Origin: Myxococcota bacterium
GTDB taxonomy: Bacteria; Myxococcota_A; UBA9042; PHBI01; JAWLBL01
DNA: 64,000 nucleotides
Assembly: GCA_041687695.1 (NCBI GenBank)
Contig: JAWLBL010000024.1
Span: 1-64,000 of the forward strand
Reading direction: 5' to 3'
A program made the translations under genes and the position numbers. Under the pieces are notes generated by a model. It saw only the letters and a program-made list of their open reading frames with translations, did no database searches and was not told the origin of the DNA. This document shows, in pieces, positions 54,899 to 64,000 of the stretch; the first letter of the stretch is position 1, and each line of letters starts with the position of its first letter.

Positions 54899-56302
54899 GT
54901 GGACACGACCATAGCGACCATCGCCATCGGGCTCCTGATCTTCCTGGCGCACGTCTTCACGGCCGTGTTCGAGCGCACCCGCATCCCGGACGTGCTCCCG
55001 CTCGTGGTCCTCGGCCTGCTGGTCGGGCCCGTCTTCGAGTACGTCAACCCGGCGACCTTCGGCTCCATCGGCAGCGCCTTCACGACCATCGCCCTGGTCA
55101 TCCTGCTCTTCGAGAGCGGCCTGAGCCTGAACATCGCCGAGCTGCGGGCCTCGATGCTCTCGAGCCTCAAGCTCACCGTCATCAGCTTCCTGGCCCACAT
55201 CGTCGTCGTTGCCATCTTCTGCGTGACCCTGCTCGGCCTTGGCGTCCTCGAAGGCGCCCTGCTCGGCGCCATCGTCGGCGGCACCTCCTCGGCCGTCGTC
55301 ATCCCGATGGTCAAAAAGCTCCGCATCCGCCCGGTCACCCGCACGACCCTGCTGCTCGAGTCCACCTTCAGCGACGTCCTCTGCATCGTCGTCGCCCTCG
55401 GCCTCATCGAGTCCCTCAAGCTCGGCAGCCTCGAGCCCGGCAAGATGTTCGGGCAGATCATCGCCTCCTTCCTGATGGCCGGCATCCTCGGCGCCGCCGC
55501 CGGCGGCTTCTGGTCGACCATCCTCCACCGCATCCGCCAGCTCGAGAACAGCACGTTCACGACCCCGGCCTTCGTCTTCATCATCTACGGCGCCGCCGAG
55601 CTGCTGGGTTTCTCCGGCGCCATCGCCGCGCTCGCCTTCGGCACCGTCCTCGGCAACGCCGACACCATCCGGCAGCTGCCCATCAAGGCCTTCGCCTCCT
55701 TCCACCCCATCGTCCTCAGCGGCACCGAGAAGGCCTTCTTCGCCGAGATCGTCTTCCTGCTGAAGACCTTCTTCTTCGTCTACATCGGCCTGTCCATCCG
55801 CTTCGTCGACCTGTGGACCGTCGGCGCGGCCGCCGCCATCACCGTGGCCCTGTTCGCCATGCGCATCCCGGTCGTCCGCGTCTCGCTCGCCCCATCGTCG
55901 GGCCGCTTCGACCTCAAGGTGGCCGCCATCCTGGTCCCCAAGGGGCTCGCCGCCGCCGTCCTCGCCTCGCTGCCCCTGCAGGCCGGCCTGTCCTCGGGCA
56001 TGGTCATCCAGGACACCACCTACATGGTCATCCTCATCAGCATCCTGATGACGGCCGTGCTGTCCTTCCTGGCCGAGAAGGGCAAGCTGTCGGTGCCGTG
56101 GGACTGGATGTTCCGCCCCGACGCCGCCCCCGCGGACGCCGCCGCCGTCGCCGACGCCCCCGGCAGCGCCGACGAGCCGGCTATCGAGGTCGCGAGCCCC
56201 GTCACCGGGGACGTCGCGGTCGCCGCGGCCCCCGCGGCTCCGGCTTCGACGCCGACGGACGCCACGCCCGACGAGGACGAGCGCCGGGTCGCCGTCGACT
56301 GA
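54899..56302 (+). CDS. Cation:proton antiporter (CPA1/NhaP-like)
   Basis: RIPDV, LFESG, LESTFSD and PKGLAAAVLA; many TM segments. Confidence 0.88.
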   Translation: MDTTIATIAIGLLIFLAHVFTAVFERTRIPDVLPLVVLGLLVGPVFEYVNPATFGSIGSAFTTIALVILLFESGLSLNIAELRASMLSSLKLTVISFLAHIVVVAIFCVTLLGLGVLEGALLGAIVGGTSSAVVIPMVKKLRIRPVTRTTLLLESTFSDVLCIVVALGLIESLKLGSLEPGKMFGQIIASFLMAGILGAAAGGFWSTILHRIRQLENSTFTTPAFVFIIYGAAELLGFSGAIAALAFGTVLGNADTIRQLPIKAFASFHPIVLSGTEKAFFAEIVFLLKTFFFVYIGLSIRFVDLWTVGAAAAITVALFAMRIPVVRVSLAPSSGRFDLKVAAILVPKGLAAAVLASLPLQAGLSSGMVIQDTTYMVILISILMTAVLSFLAEKGKLSVPWDWMFRPDAAPADAAAVADAPGSADEPAIEVASPVTGDVAVAAAPAAPASTPTDATPDEDERRVAVD

Positions 56303-56309
56303 CGGCCGC

Positions 56310-57716
56310 TCAGGGGCTCAGGGCCCGCGCGTTGCGCGCCTCCTCGCGGGCCAGCGCCTGGCGGGCGCGCTCCAGCTGTCTGGCGCGCGATTGGCCTTCG
56401 GGCGCGTAGCGTTCCGCCCGCTCGTACGCCGCCACGCTCGCCTCGTAGTCGCCGACGCGCATCGCGTCGCGTCCCACGAAGCGGTAGTAGTCGAAGCGGA
56501 CCGTCGAGCGCTCGAGGCCCTGGGTCAGCGTCACCGCCACCAGAGCCGCGGCCAAGGCTGCGCTGGCGGCGGCCAGCAAGCGGTCGCGGGCGAGCTGCAG
56601 CATCATCACGAGGGCCATCCAGGCGGCGAAGAGATCCAGCGCGTCGGCGGCCCCCGGCAGGTCGGCGGCTCGCCCGGCCCGGTGGAGCAGCAGGCGCGCC
56701 ACCACCGCGGCCCCCAGCACCAGGGCCCAGCGCCACGAGGGGGTCAGGCGCCGCAGCGGGCGCCGCACGCGGGCCATCAGGCGGTCCAACAGGCGAGCGG
56801 GCGGCTGGAGCACGAGCTGGGTCGGCAGGGTCAGGAGCCGCGGCGGCGCGAGCACGACGATCGCGAGGCCGACGGCGTAGCCGCTGAACCAGCCGATACG
56901 CAGGCCCAGGCGCTCGGCGCCCATGTGGAAGGCGACCACTGTGGCCAGCGTGAGGGCACGCAGCACGCGCAGCGACAGGCGGTGGGGCATCGGGCGCCAC
57001 AGCGACGCCAGGTAGCCGAAGGCGATGAGCACCTGGGCCGCCACCACGCCGCGGGCGAGCCAGGTGGCCAGCTGGTCCGGGGCGAGGGCGAGGGCCCGAG
57101 TCAGCTCGGTCAAAGGCTCGGCGAGCGGCCCGGTCTCGATGAGCCGGGTCAGGACCTGGCCGTCGCGCCAGCCCTCCTCGAGCTTGGTGACCGCCGTGAA
57201 GGCGTACAGGACCACCAGCATGGCGGTGAGCAGGGCGAGTCCCCACCCGCTGACGCAGGGCACTTCGGGGCGGCGGAGCGGACCGCGCAGGACGTCCCGG
57301 AGCGTCGGCCGGGGCCCGAGCGCCGCCGCGGCCAGCACCAGCGACAGGAAGTAGTGGTGCTGGTAGCTGTCGAGCAGGCTCATCGCCCACGACCAGGTGT
57401 AGGTGACCAGCAGGAGCAGCAGGCTGGCGCGTCCGCCGACCCCGAGCGCGGCCGCCAGGCCGAGGGCGCCGACCAGGGTCAGCAGCCCGACGTACAGCGC
57501 GGGTGATGGGAGCGGCTGCAGCGCCTCGAGCCAGGCGAAGTGGGCGACGTTGAAGCCGCCGACCCCGTAGCGGCCGCCGTGCGGGATCATGAGCAGCCAG
57601 GCGTCGAGCGCGACGGCCAGCGGGACCAGGCGCTGCAGCCACAGGACGCGAACCGCGGGCACGGGCCCGAACCAGACGCGATCCCAGGGGCCGAGACCGG
57701 CGCGTTCGGGGCTCAT
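56310..57716 (-). CDS. HTTM domain membrane protein
   Basis: YQHHYF, LYAFTAVTKL..W..G, FHMG and IGWFS. Confidence 0.75.
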   Translation of the reverse strand: MSPERAGLGPWDRVWFGPVPAVRVLWLQRLVPLAVALDAWLLMIPHGGRYGVGGFNVAHFAWLEALQPLPSPALYVGLLTLVGALGLAAALGVGGRASLLLLLVTYTWSWAMSLLDSYQHHYFLSLVLAAAALGPRPTLRDVLRGPLRRPEVPCVSGWGLALLTAMLVVLYAFTAVTKLEEGWRDGQVLTRLIETGPLAEPLTELTRALALAPDQLATWLARGVVAAQVLIAFGYLASLWRPMPHRLSLRVLRALTLATVVAFHMGAERLGLRIGWFSGYAVGLAIVVLAPPRLLTLPTQLVLQPPARLLDRLMARVRRPLRRLTPSWRWALVLGAAVVARLLLHRAGRAADLPGAADALDLFAAWMALVMMLQLARDRLLAAASAALAAALVAVTLTQGLERSTVRFDYYRFVGRDAMRVGDYEASVAAYERAERYAPEGQSRARQLERARQALAREEARNARALSP

Positions 57717-58354
57717 CGGGACGCCTCGGCGAGTCGGTCGGCCCATGGGGCGCAGGCGCGGGCATGGACGACCAGGGGCACCTGCTCGCCGTCGGCGCGG
57801 ACGCACTTGCGCTTCAACTCGACCGAGACCACCTCGGGCGCGTCGCAGCGGTCGGTCAGGAAGGCGTCGACCACCGGCGTGCGCCCGAGCCGCAGCGCGC
57901 CCGCCCAGGCCGGGTGGAGCGCCCGGCCGAGGCGGACCTGCCGCGCAGCGCCGGTCTCGAGCCGCTCGACCGCGACGGCCTGGCACTGCCAGGCGCGCCG
58001 CGCCGAGAACATGCGCCACGCGAAGCGCTCGTCCGAGGGGTCGCGCCCGCCGGCGTAGTAGTGGAGCGGGCCGGCGAGCTGCAGGCCGAGCAGGATGACG
58101 ATGGCGGCCGTCGCGGCGAGGCGCGGCCAGCCCGCGCGCGGCGGCGCGCCCTCAGAGGGTGTTTGCGAACCATGGATTTCGTCGGTTTCGAGCCGAGGTC
58201 GGAGCAGATCCGGTTCCCGGAGACCGAGGCGAACTGTTAGTTCGCCGCAGCGTCTCCGGGGGCCGGAGCTGCCCGACACGACGCGGGGCTCGGGGCCGCA
58301 GGTCCCGTGGAATAGCTGGTTGGCAAACACCCTCTCAAAGGTCGGGATGGACAT
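57713..58354 (-). CDS. HTTM-partner-like protein carrying a 61-aa in-frame MITE insertion
   Basis: ATG 58354 with GGAGG RBS; TM segment and FAWRMFS; frame stays open across 58152-58337. Confidence 0.65.
   Translation of the reverse strand: MSIPTFERVFANQLFHGTCGPEPRVVSGSSGPRRRCGELTVRLGLREPDLLRPRLETDEIHGSQTPSEGAPPRAGWPRLAATAAIVILLGLQLAGPLHYYAGGRDPSDERFAWRMFSARRAWQCQAVAVERLETGAARQVRLGRALHPAWAGALRLGRTPVVDAFLTDRCDAPEVVSVELKRKCVRADGEQVPLVVHARACAPWADRLAEASR
58155..58334. mobile_element. 180-bp MITE with IS5/IS1031-like ends and 3-bp TCA target duplication
   Basis: GAGGGTGTTTGCGAACC / GGTTGGCAAACACCCTC (16/17); TCA at 58152-58154 and 58335-58337. Confidence 0.85.
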
Positions 58355-59594
58355 CGGCGCCTCCCAGCACCCGGAGCGCCTCGAGCTCGGCCGCGAGGGC
58401 GGCCTGGCGGAGATCGACGTGCCGCTGCGTGAGCTCGGCGCGGGTGCGGACCGTGTCGAGGAGATCGAGCACGCCGCTCTGGCCGGCGCGCCAGGCCTCG
58501 CGCGACAGGGCGTCGAGCGCCGGGAGATCGGGCAGGACCTCGCGCTCGAAGGCGTCGAGCGCGCGCCGGCGGGCCGCGAGCGTCCGGGCCGCGGCGACGA
58601 CCTGGGCGCGCAGCGCGGTCTCGAGCGCCTCGCGGGTGGCGGTGGCGGCCAGCAGCTCGAGGCGCGCGCGCTCGAGGCCCGCCTGGTTGCGGTCGAAGAG
58701 CGGCACGTCGAGCGTCAGCCCGGCGTAGAGGTTCGCGCTGCCGGGATCGGTGGTCACCATCGGGCCGAGGGCGATGGCCGGGGTGGGCCAGGCTTCGCGG
58801 CGTTCGACGTCGATGGCGCGGCGGGCGGCGGCCTCGCGCAGGCGCGCCACCTCGAGCGCCGGCGAGCCGGCCTGGACGCGCGCCCAGAGCGCGTCGGGGT
58901 CCGTGGGCACCTCGGCGAGGGCCAGGGTGGCCGGCGCGCGTGGCGCCCAGTCGGCGCGGCCGAGGGTGGCGGCGAGAAAAGCGGAGGCGGCGTCGCGCTG
59001 CGCGGTCAGCTCGGCGAGGTCGGCCTCGGCCTGGGCCAGCTCGGAGGTGAGACGCAGGACGTCGTAGCGGCTGGCGCTGCCGGCCGTGGCGCGCTCGGTG
59101 ACGACGCCGAGCAGGTGGCGGACGGCCTCGGTGGTGGTCGACTGCGCGGCCAGGCGGGCCTCGGCGGCCTGCAGCGCGACCAGCGCGTCGCGCGCCCGGG
59201 CCAGGACGTCGCCGAAGGTGAGGGCGACCTCGCGCTCGGCGGCGGCGATGCGGGCGCGGGCCAGGCGCTCGCGGGCGGCGCGCTGGCCGCCGATGAGCAG
59301 TGGCTGCTCGACGATGAGCTGGTGCTGGGTGCCGTCGACGGTGTTCTCGCCGGCGAGCAGGTGGAGGGTGCCGTAGCCCACCGAGGGGTTGGGCAGGCGG
59401 CGCGCTTCGGTCAGCTCGGCGCGCGACACGGCGGCCTGGGCCCCGGCCGCGGCCAGCTCGGGGCTGGCGGCGCGGACGAGGGCGGGCAGGTCGTCCCAGG
59501 TGACGAGCTCGGGCAGCGCTGGCGGCGGCGGGGCCGCGGCTGCGGGCGAGGGCAGGGCGAGGAGGAGCACCGCCAGGGGGACGAGGCGCTTCAT
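58335..59594 (-). CDS. TolC/CzcC family outer-membrane efflux protein
   Basis: Signal peptide, LPNP and VPLFDRNQ; downstream of the CusA-like gene. Confidence 0.88.
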   Translation of the reverse strand: MKRLVPLAVLLLALPSPAAAAPPPPALPELVTWDDLPALVRAASPELAAAGAQAAVSRAELTEARRLPNPSVGYGTLHLLAGENTVDGTQHQLIVEQPLLIGGQRAARERLARARIAAAEREVALTFGDVLARARDALVALQAAEARLAAQSTTTEAVRHLLGVVTERATAGSASRYDVLRLTSELAQAEADLAELTAQRDAASAFLAATLGRADWAPRAPATLALAEVPTDPDALWARVQAGSPALEVARLREAAARRAIDVERREAWPTPAIALGPMVTTDPGSANLYAGLTLDVPLFDRNQAGLERARLELLAATATREALETALRAQVVAAARTLAARRRALDAFEREVLPDLPALDALSREAWRAGQSGVLDLLDTVRTRAELTQRHVDLRQAALAAELEALRVLGGADVHPDL

Positions 59595-62500
59595 GCGGCC
59601 ACCTCCCCGTGCGGCTCGAGGGGCGGGGCGAGGCCCTCCGGCGCGTCGTCCTCGGCGTCCGGCAGGGGCATGCGCCTGGGCGAGATGGCCTGGTAGACGA
59701 CCGGCAGCAGCCACAGGGCGACCAGCAGCGTCGTGACCATGCCGCCGACGATGACCATGGCGAAGGGGCGCTGGGTCTCGCTGCCGACGCCGGTGGAGAC
59801 CGCCATGGGGAGCAGGCCGAGCATGGCCAGGACGGCGGCCAGCAGCACGGCGCGGAAGCGCTCGGCCGCGCCCTCGACGATGGCGTCGCGGCGTTCGGCG
59901 CCCGCGCGGCGGCGGTCGTCGATGGCGCTGACCACGAGCAGGCCGGCGAGCGAGACCTGGCCGAGCAGGGCGATGAAGCCGATGGCGGCGCTGACCGACA
60001 GGGGGATGTCGGCGAGGTGGAGGGCGAAGACGCCGCCGGTCATGGCGAAGGGGGCGGTGAGGAGGATGGCGGCGGCGCTGCGGAACAGGCCGAGGGCGCC
60101 GACGAGCAGGAGCGTCACGATGACCAGGGCGATGGGGACGATGATGGACAGGCGCTCCATGGCGCGCGCCTGGTTCTCGAACTCGCCGCCCCAGACCAGG
60201 TAGGTGCCGTCGGGCGGGCGGACCTTGGCCTCGACGACCTCCTGGGCCTCGGCGACGACCGAGCCCATGTCGCGGCCTTCGATGTTGAACTTGAGGGCGA
60301 GGGTGCGGCTGTTGGCCTCGCGGTTGATGGAGGCGCGGCCGGCGGCGACCGAGGTCTCGGCGACCTGGCCCATGGGGACGCGGGCGCCGTTGGGGGCGGC
60401 GATGGGGATCTGGGCGATGCGGCCGACGTCGGCGCGCTCGTGGGCGGGCAGCCGGACGCGCACCGGGATGGCGCGCTCGCCCGACCAGAGCTCGGTGACG
60501 ACGCGCCCGGCGAGGGCGGTCTCGACCACGGCCTGGGCGCTGGCGACGCTGATGCCTTCGCGGGCGAGGGCCGCGCGGTTCAGGGTCAGCTGCAGCTGCG
60601 GCACCGAGGCGTCGCGGTAGAGATCCAGGTCGACGATGCCGTCGACGGGCAGCAGCGCCGCCTTGATCTCCTCGAGGGTCGAGCGCATCGCCTCGAGGTC
60701 CTGCCCGAAGATCTTGACGACGACCTTGCCGCGGACGCCGCTGATGGCCTCCTCGACGTTGTCCTTGATGGGCTGCGAGAAGTTGAAGGCGATGCCGGGG
60801 ATCTCGGAGAGGCTGGCGCGGATCTCGTCGACCAGCCGCTCGGTGGTCATGCCCGCGCGCCACTGGGCCTCGGGGGCGAGGCGGACGAAGCACTCGGACA
60901 TGTTCACGCCCTCGTTGTCGGTGCCGTCCTCGGGGCGGCCCTGCTCGTTGAGGACGCCCACCACCTCGGGGAAGGCGCCGATGCGGCGGCGCACCTCGGC
61001 CATGAGGTCCTGGCTGGTGTCCAGATCGATGCTGGCCGGCATCTCGACGAAGATGACGAAGTCGCCCTCGTCGAGCTCGGGCAGGAACTCGCTGCCGAGC
61101 TGTCGGGCCGAGTGGGTCGCGCCCACGACCAGGCCCACGGCGACCAGGACCGGGACGAGGCGCCAGCGCAGGGCGCCGTCGACGCTGCGGCGGTAGGCGG
61201 CGCGCAGGGCGCCGATCCAGCGCGGCTCGGTGGGCAGGCGGCGGCCCGGGCGCATGGCCATGGCGCACAGGGCGGGGACGATGGTGAGGGCGAAGACCAG
61301 GGCGCCGACGAGGGCGAAGCTGTAGGTGAGGGCGAGGGGGCGGAAGATGCGGCCCTCGACCTGCTCGAGGGTGAAGACCGGGATGAGGGCGGCGATGATG
61401 ATGGCCATCGCGTACAGGGTCGGGCGCGAGACGTCGAAGGCCGCCTTGGTGACCAGGCGCAGCATCTGGCGGCGGGTGCGCGGCTGCTGGTGCTGCGCCT
61501 GGTGCAGGACGTTCTCGACGAGGACCACGGCGCCGTCGACCAGGATGCCGAAGTCGATGGCGCCCATCGAGATGAGGTTGGCGGGCAGGCCCATGGCGTA
61601 AAGGCCGGTGAAGGCGGCCAGGAGCGACAGCGGGATGACGGTGGCGACGATGAGCGAGCCCGAGAGGCTGCGCAGGAAGAGCCAGACCACCGAGACGATG
61701 AGCAGGAAGCCGTGCAGCAGGTTGTGGTGGACCGTGTCGAGGGTCTGCGAGACCAGCAGGCTCCGGTCGTAGAAGGGGACGACGCGCATCCCTTCGGGCA
61801 GGGCGCGGGTGTTCAGGGTGTCGACGGTGGCGTGGACGCCCGCGAGCACGTCGCTGGGGTTTTCGCCGCGGCGCAGCAGGACGAAACCCTCGACCGTGTC
61901 GCGCTCGGCGCCGAAGCCGACCGCGCCGCGGCGTGGGGTGTGCGAGCGGACGAGGCGGGCGACGTCGCCGACGGTGACTGGGGAGCCGCCCTCGCTCGAC
62001 AGGACGACCTCGCGGAGATCGTCCGGGGTGGCGACGTAGCCGACGCCGCGGATGGCGAGCTCCTGGTCGCCCTGGCGCAGAAAGCCGCCGCCGACGTTCA
62101 GGTTGGAGGCCTCGAGGGCGGAGGTCACGTCGTCGAGGGTGAGGTCGTGGGCGGCGAGGCGGTCGGGGTCGACCTCGACGTGGACCTCCTCGAGGTAGCC
62201 GCCGAAGCTGACGACGTCCGCGACGCCGGGGACCTGCTTGAGCAGGCGCGAGACGGTCGTGTCGAGGGCGGCGCGGCGCTCGAAGAGATCGTGGCGGTCG
62301 CTGACGACGCGGAACTGATAGATCTCGCCCAGCGGGGTCGCGTTGGGGGCCAGGTCGGGGACGACGCCGTCCGGCAGGTCGGCCGTCGCGATGCGCTCGC
62401 TGATGAGGGCGCGCGATTTGAAGGCGTCGGCGTCGTCCTGGAAGGTGAGGGTGACCAGCGACAGGCCGAACAGGCTCTCGCTGCGCAGGCGCGTCATGCC

Positions 62501-62731
62501 CGGCGTGCCGTTGAGGGCGCGCTCGAGGGGGATGGTCAGCTGGCGCTCGATCTCCTCGGGCGCGTAGCCGGGCATCTGGGCGATGACGGTCACCTGGACG
62601 TTGGTGACGTCGGGGAACGCCTCGATGGGCGTGCGCAGGTAGGCGTGGGCGCCGTAGGCGGCGAAGGCGAGGGTGAGGACGATGGCCGCCATGCGGCGGT
62701 GGACGCACCAGTCGATGAGCGCTTTGAGCAT
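59591..62731 (-). CDS. CusA/CzcA heavy-metal RND efflux transporter
   Basis: PIEAFPDVTN, GAIDFGILVDGAVVLVEN, FLPELDEG and GSETQRPFA. Confidence 0.95.
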   Translation of the reverse strand: MLKALIDWCVHRRMAAIVLTLAFAAYGAHAYLRTPIEAFPDVTNVQVTVIAQMPGYAPEEIERQLTIPLERALNGTPGMTRLRSESLFGLSLVTLTFQDDADAFKSRALISERIATADLPDGVVPDLAPNATPLGEIYQFRVVSDRHDLFERRAALDTTVSRLLKQVPGVADVVSFGGYLEEVHVEVDPDRLAAHDLTLDDVTSALEASNLNVGGGFLRQGDQELAIRGVGYVATPDDLREVVLSSEGGSPVTVGDVARLVRSHTPRRGAVGFGAERDTVEGFVLLRRGENPSDVLAGVHATVDTLNTRALPEGMRVVPFYDRSLLVSQTLDTVHHNLLHGFLLIVSVVWLFLRSLSGSLIVATVIPLSLLAAFTGLYAMGLPANLISMGAIDFGILVDGAVVLVENVLHQAQHQQPRTRRQMLRLVTKAAFDVSRPTLYAMAIIIAALIPVFTLEQVEGRIFRPLALTYSFALVGALVFALTIVPALCAMAMRPGRRLPTEPRWIGALRAAYRRSVDGALRWRLVPVLVAVGLVVGATHSARQLGSEFLPELDEGDFVIFVEMPASIDLDTSQDLMAEVRRRIGAFPEVVGVLNEQGRPEDGTDNEGVNMSECFVRLAPEAQWRAGMTTERLVDEIRASLSEIPGIAFNFSQPIKDNVEEAISGVRGKVVVKIFGQDLEAMRSTLEEIKAALLPVDGIVDLDLYRDASVPQLQLTLNRAALAREGISVASAQAVVETALAGRVVTELWSGERAIPVRVRLPAHERADVGRIAQIPIAAPNGARVPMGQVAETSVAAGRASINREANSRTLALKFNIEGRDMGSVVAEAQEVVEAKVRPPDGTYLVWGGEFENQARAMERLSIIVPIALVIVTLLLVGALGLFRSAAAILLTAPFAMTGGVFALHLADIPLSVSAAIGFIALLGQVSLAGLLVVSAIDDRRRAGAERRDAIVEGAAERFRAVLLAAVLAMLGLLPMAVSTGVGSETQRPFAMVIVGGMVTTLLVALWLLPVVYQAISPRRMPLPDAEDDAPEGLAPPLEPHGEVAA

Positions 62732-62741
62732 GGGGCGCGCC

Positions 62742-63893
62742 TCAGAGCAGCTGGCCGGCGAGGCCGTCGATGAGCAGGGCGCCCTCGACCAGGACCGACT
62801 CGCCGGCCGTGAGGCCGCTCAGGACCTGAACGGCGCCGTCGATGACCGGCCCGACCTGGACTTCGCGGGCGACGAAGGCGCCGTCCTCGCGCTCGACGTA
62901 GACGATGGTCTGGCCATCGCCCTTGACCAGCACCGCCGCCGACGGCACCGAGAGCAGGCCCTCCGAGCGCGTGAGCAGCGTCGCCCGGACGTAGGTGCCG
63001 GGGCGCACCGCGGGCACCGGCGGGTCCAGGGCGACGAAGACCTCGGCGCGGCGCTGCCCCGACAGGGTCGAGCCGATGCGCGCCACGCGGCCCGTGACCG
63101 GCGCCGCCAGCGAGGCCACCGCGAGCGTCACCTCGGCGCCCTCGGCGACCAGCGCGAGATCGCGCTCGAAGATGTCCACCACCACGTGGACGTCCGCCGG
63201 GTCACCCAGCTCGACCAGCGGGGCGCTCCCCGGGTCGACCGTGGCCCCCACCGTCGCGCTGCGCGCCAGGACCGTCCCGTCGATGGGCGCCCGGACGGTC
63301 ACCCGCTCGCCTTCGCCCTCGCCCAGCAGGCTCGCCGTCTGCTCGGCCCGCCGGAGATCCGCCTGCGCCTCGGCCAGCCGCAGCTCGGCCGCGACCCGGT
63401 CGGCCTCGATGCCCACCCCGCGGGCCACCATCGTCCGCTGCCGCCGCGCCGCATCCCGCGCCGCCGTCACCGCCACCCGCGCCCGCGTCAGCTCGGCCCG
63501 CAGCGCGAGCGCCTCCGGGCTCGCGAGCACCGCCAGCGCGTCGCCCGTCTGCACCCGGTCGCCGACTCTGGCCCGCAGCTCGACCACGCGCCCGGCGATC
63601 GGCGCCCCGACCTGCGCCAGCGCGCCGTCTCGGAAGGCGACCCGCCCCGGCGCCCGGACCGCCCCCGCGTTCGCCCCCGACCGCACGGCCCGCACCTCGA
63701 CGAAGGCCCGCGTCGCCGCTTGGACGTGGATCGACCCGTCCGCCTCGATCCGAGGCCCGACCGCCTCGGTCACGGCGCCGCCCGCAGCCGCCTCGCCGCC
63801 GGCCTGCGCCGCCGCCTTCTGGACACACCCCGATCCCGCCAGCGCCGCCAGCACCGCCGCGGCCGCCACCCGGTTCCCAATCACCTGAAACAT
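62742..63893 (-). CDS. RND periplasmic adaptor (CzcB/CusB-like)
   Basis: Lipobox GSGC, VGDRVQTGD, VRAPIDG and GLTAGESV. Confidence 0.9.
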   Translation of the reverse strand: MFQVIGNRVAAAAVLAALAGSGCVQKAAAQAGGEAAAGGAVTEAVGPRIEADGSIHVQAATRAFVEVRAVRSGANAGAVRAPGRVAFRDGALAQVGAPIAGRVVELRARVGDRVQTGDALAVLASPEALALRAELTRARVAVTAARDAARRQRTMVARGVGIEADRVAAELRLAEAQADLRRAEQTASLLGEGEGERVTVRAPIDGTVLARSATVGATVDPGSAPLVELGDPADVHVVVDIFERDLALVAEGAEVTLAVASLAAPVTGRVARIGSTLSGQRRAEVFVALDPPVPAVRPGTYVRATLLTRSEGLLSVPSAAVLVKGDGQTIVYVEREDGAFVAREVQVGPVIDGAVQVLSGLTAGESVLVEGALLIDGLAGQLL

Positions 63894-64000
63894 GGCTGTC
63901 CTCCCGGCGCGCCGCGCACCACGCGGCGGTCGCGCCGGGGCCTCCCTCATCAAGACGCGTGCCATCCGCCGGTCAGCGCCCGATGAGCCAGACACCATGC

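Noticed and set aside
58335..62773. Very long alternative ORFs (1457 aa on minus, 1054 aa on plus) and similar ones such as 36799-39765
   Set aside because: Shadow frames of high-GC genes; only their distal parts (tolC, tdk) are real

Overview
High-GC bacterial chromosome segment. The FHA-GAF adenylate cyclase and PEGA-domain Ser/Thr kinase suggest Myxococcota or a related lineage (inference). The right half (about 29-64 kb) is mostly housekeeping backbone: rnj, engB, rimI, thiE, prmC, tdk, leuS, aroC, hom, guaAB, rarA and a CusCBA-like RND pump. The left half holds two accessory regions. (1) A ~14.4 kb, 14-gene cluster of two convergent operons (3460-17893) with homologues of the blasticidin S/mildiomycin cytosine-nucleoside core: BlsM/MilB-like CMP glycosidase, BlsD/MilC-like cytosylglucuronate synthase, BlsE/MilG-like radical SAM enzyme and two DegT aminotransferases. 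It also encodes an HprK-like kinase, an NTP_transf_5-like nucleotidyltransferase, a PPDK-N ATP-grasp protein, a kinase-phosphatase fusion, an AsnB-type amidotransferase, two GNATs, two methyltransferases and a small protein with repeated SASP(I/T)P motifs that looks like a multi-core precursor. This is the best candidate for an undescribed nucleoside-peptide hybrid system. (2) A tandem island array at the 3' end of tRNA-Asn(GTT): an intact ~3.7 kb serine-recombinase + AbiEi/AbiEii element, att-like scars and a decaying rhodanese/sulfur-transfer module. Several small inverted-repeat elements are also present, one inserted in frame inside a gene and one targeting a REP-like palindrome. All product calls come from motifs recognised by eye; no database searches were run.
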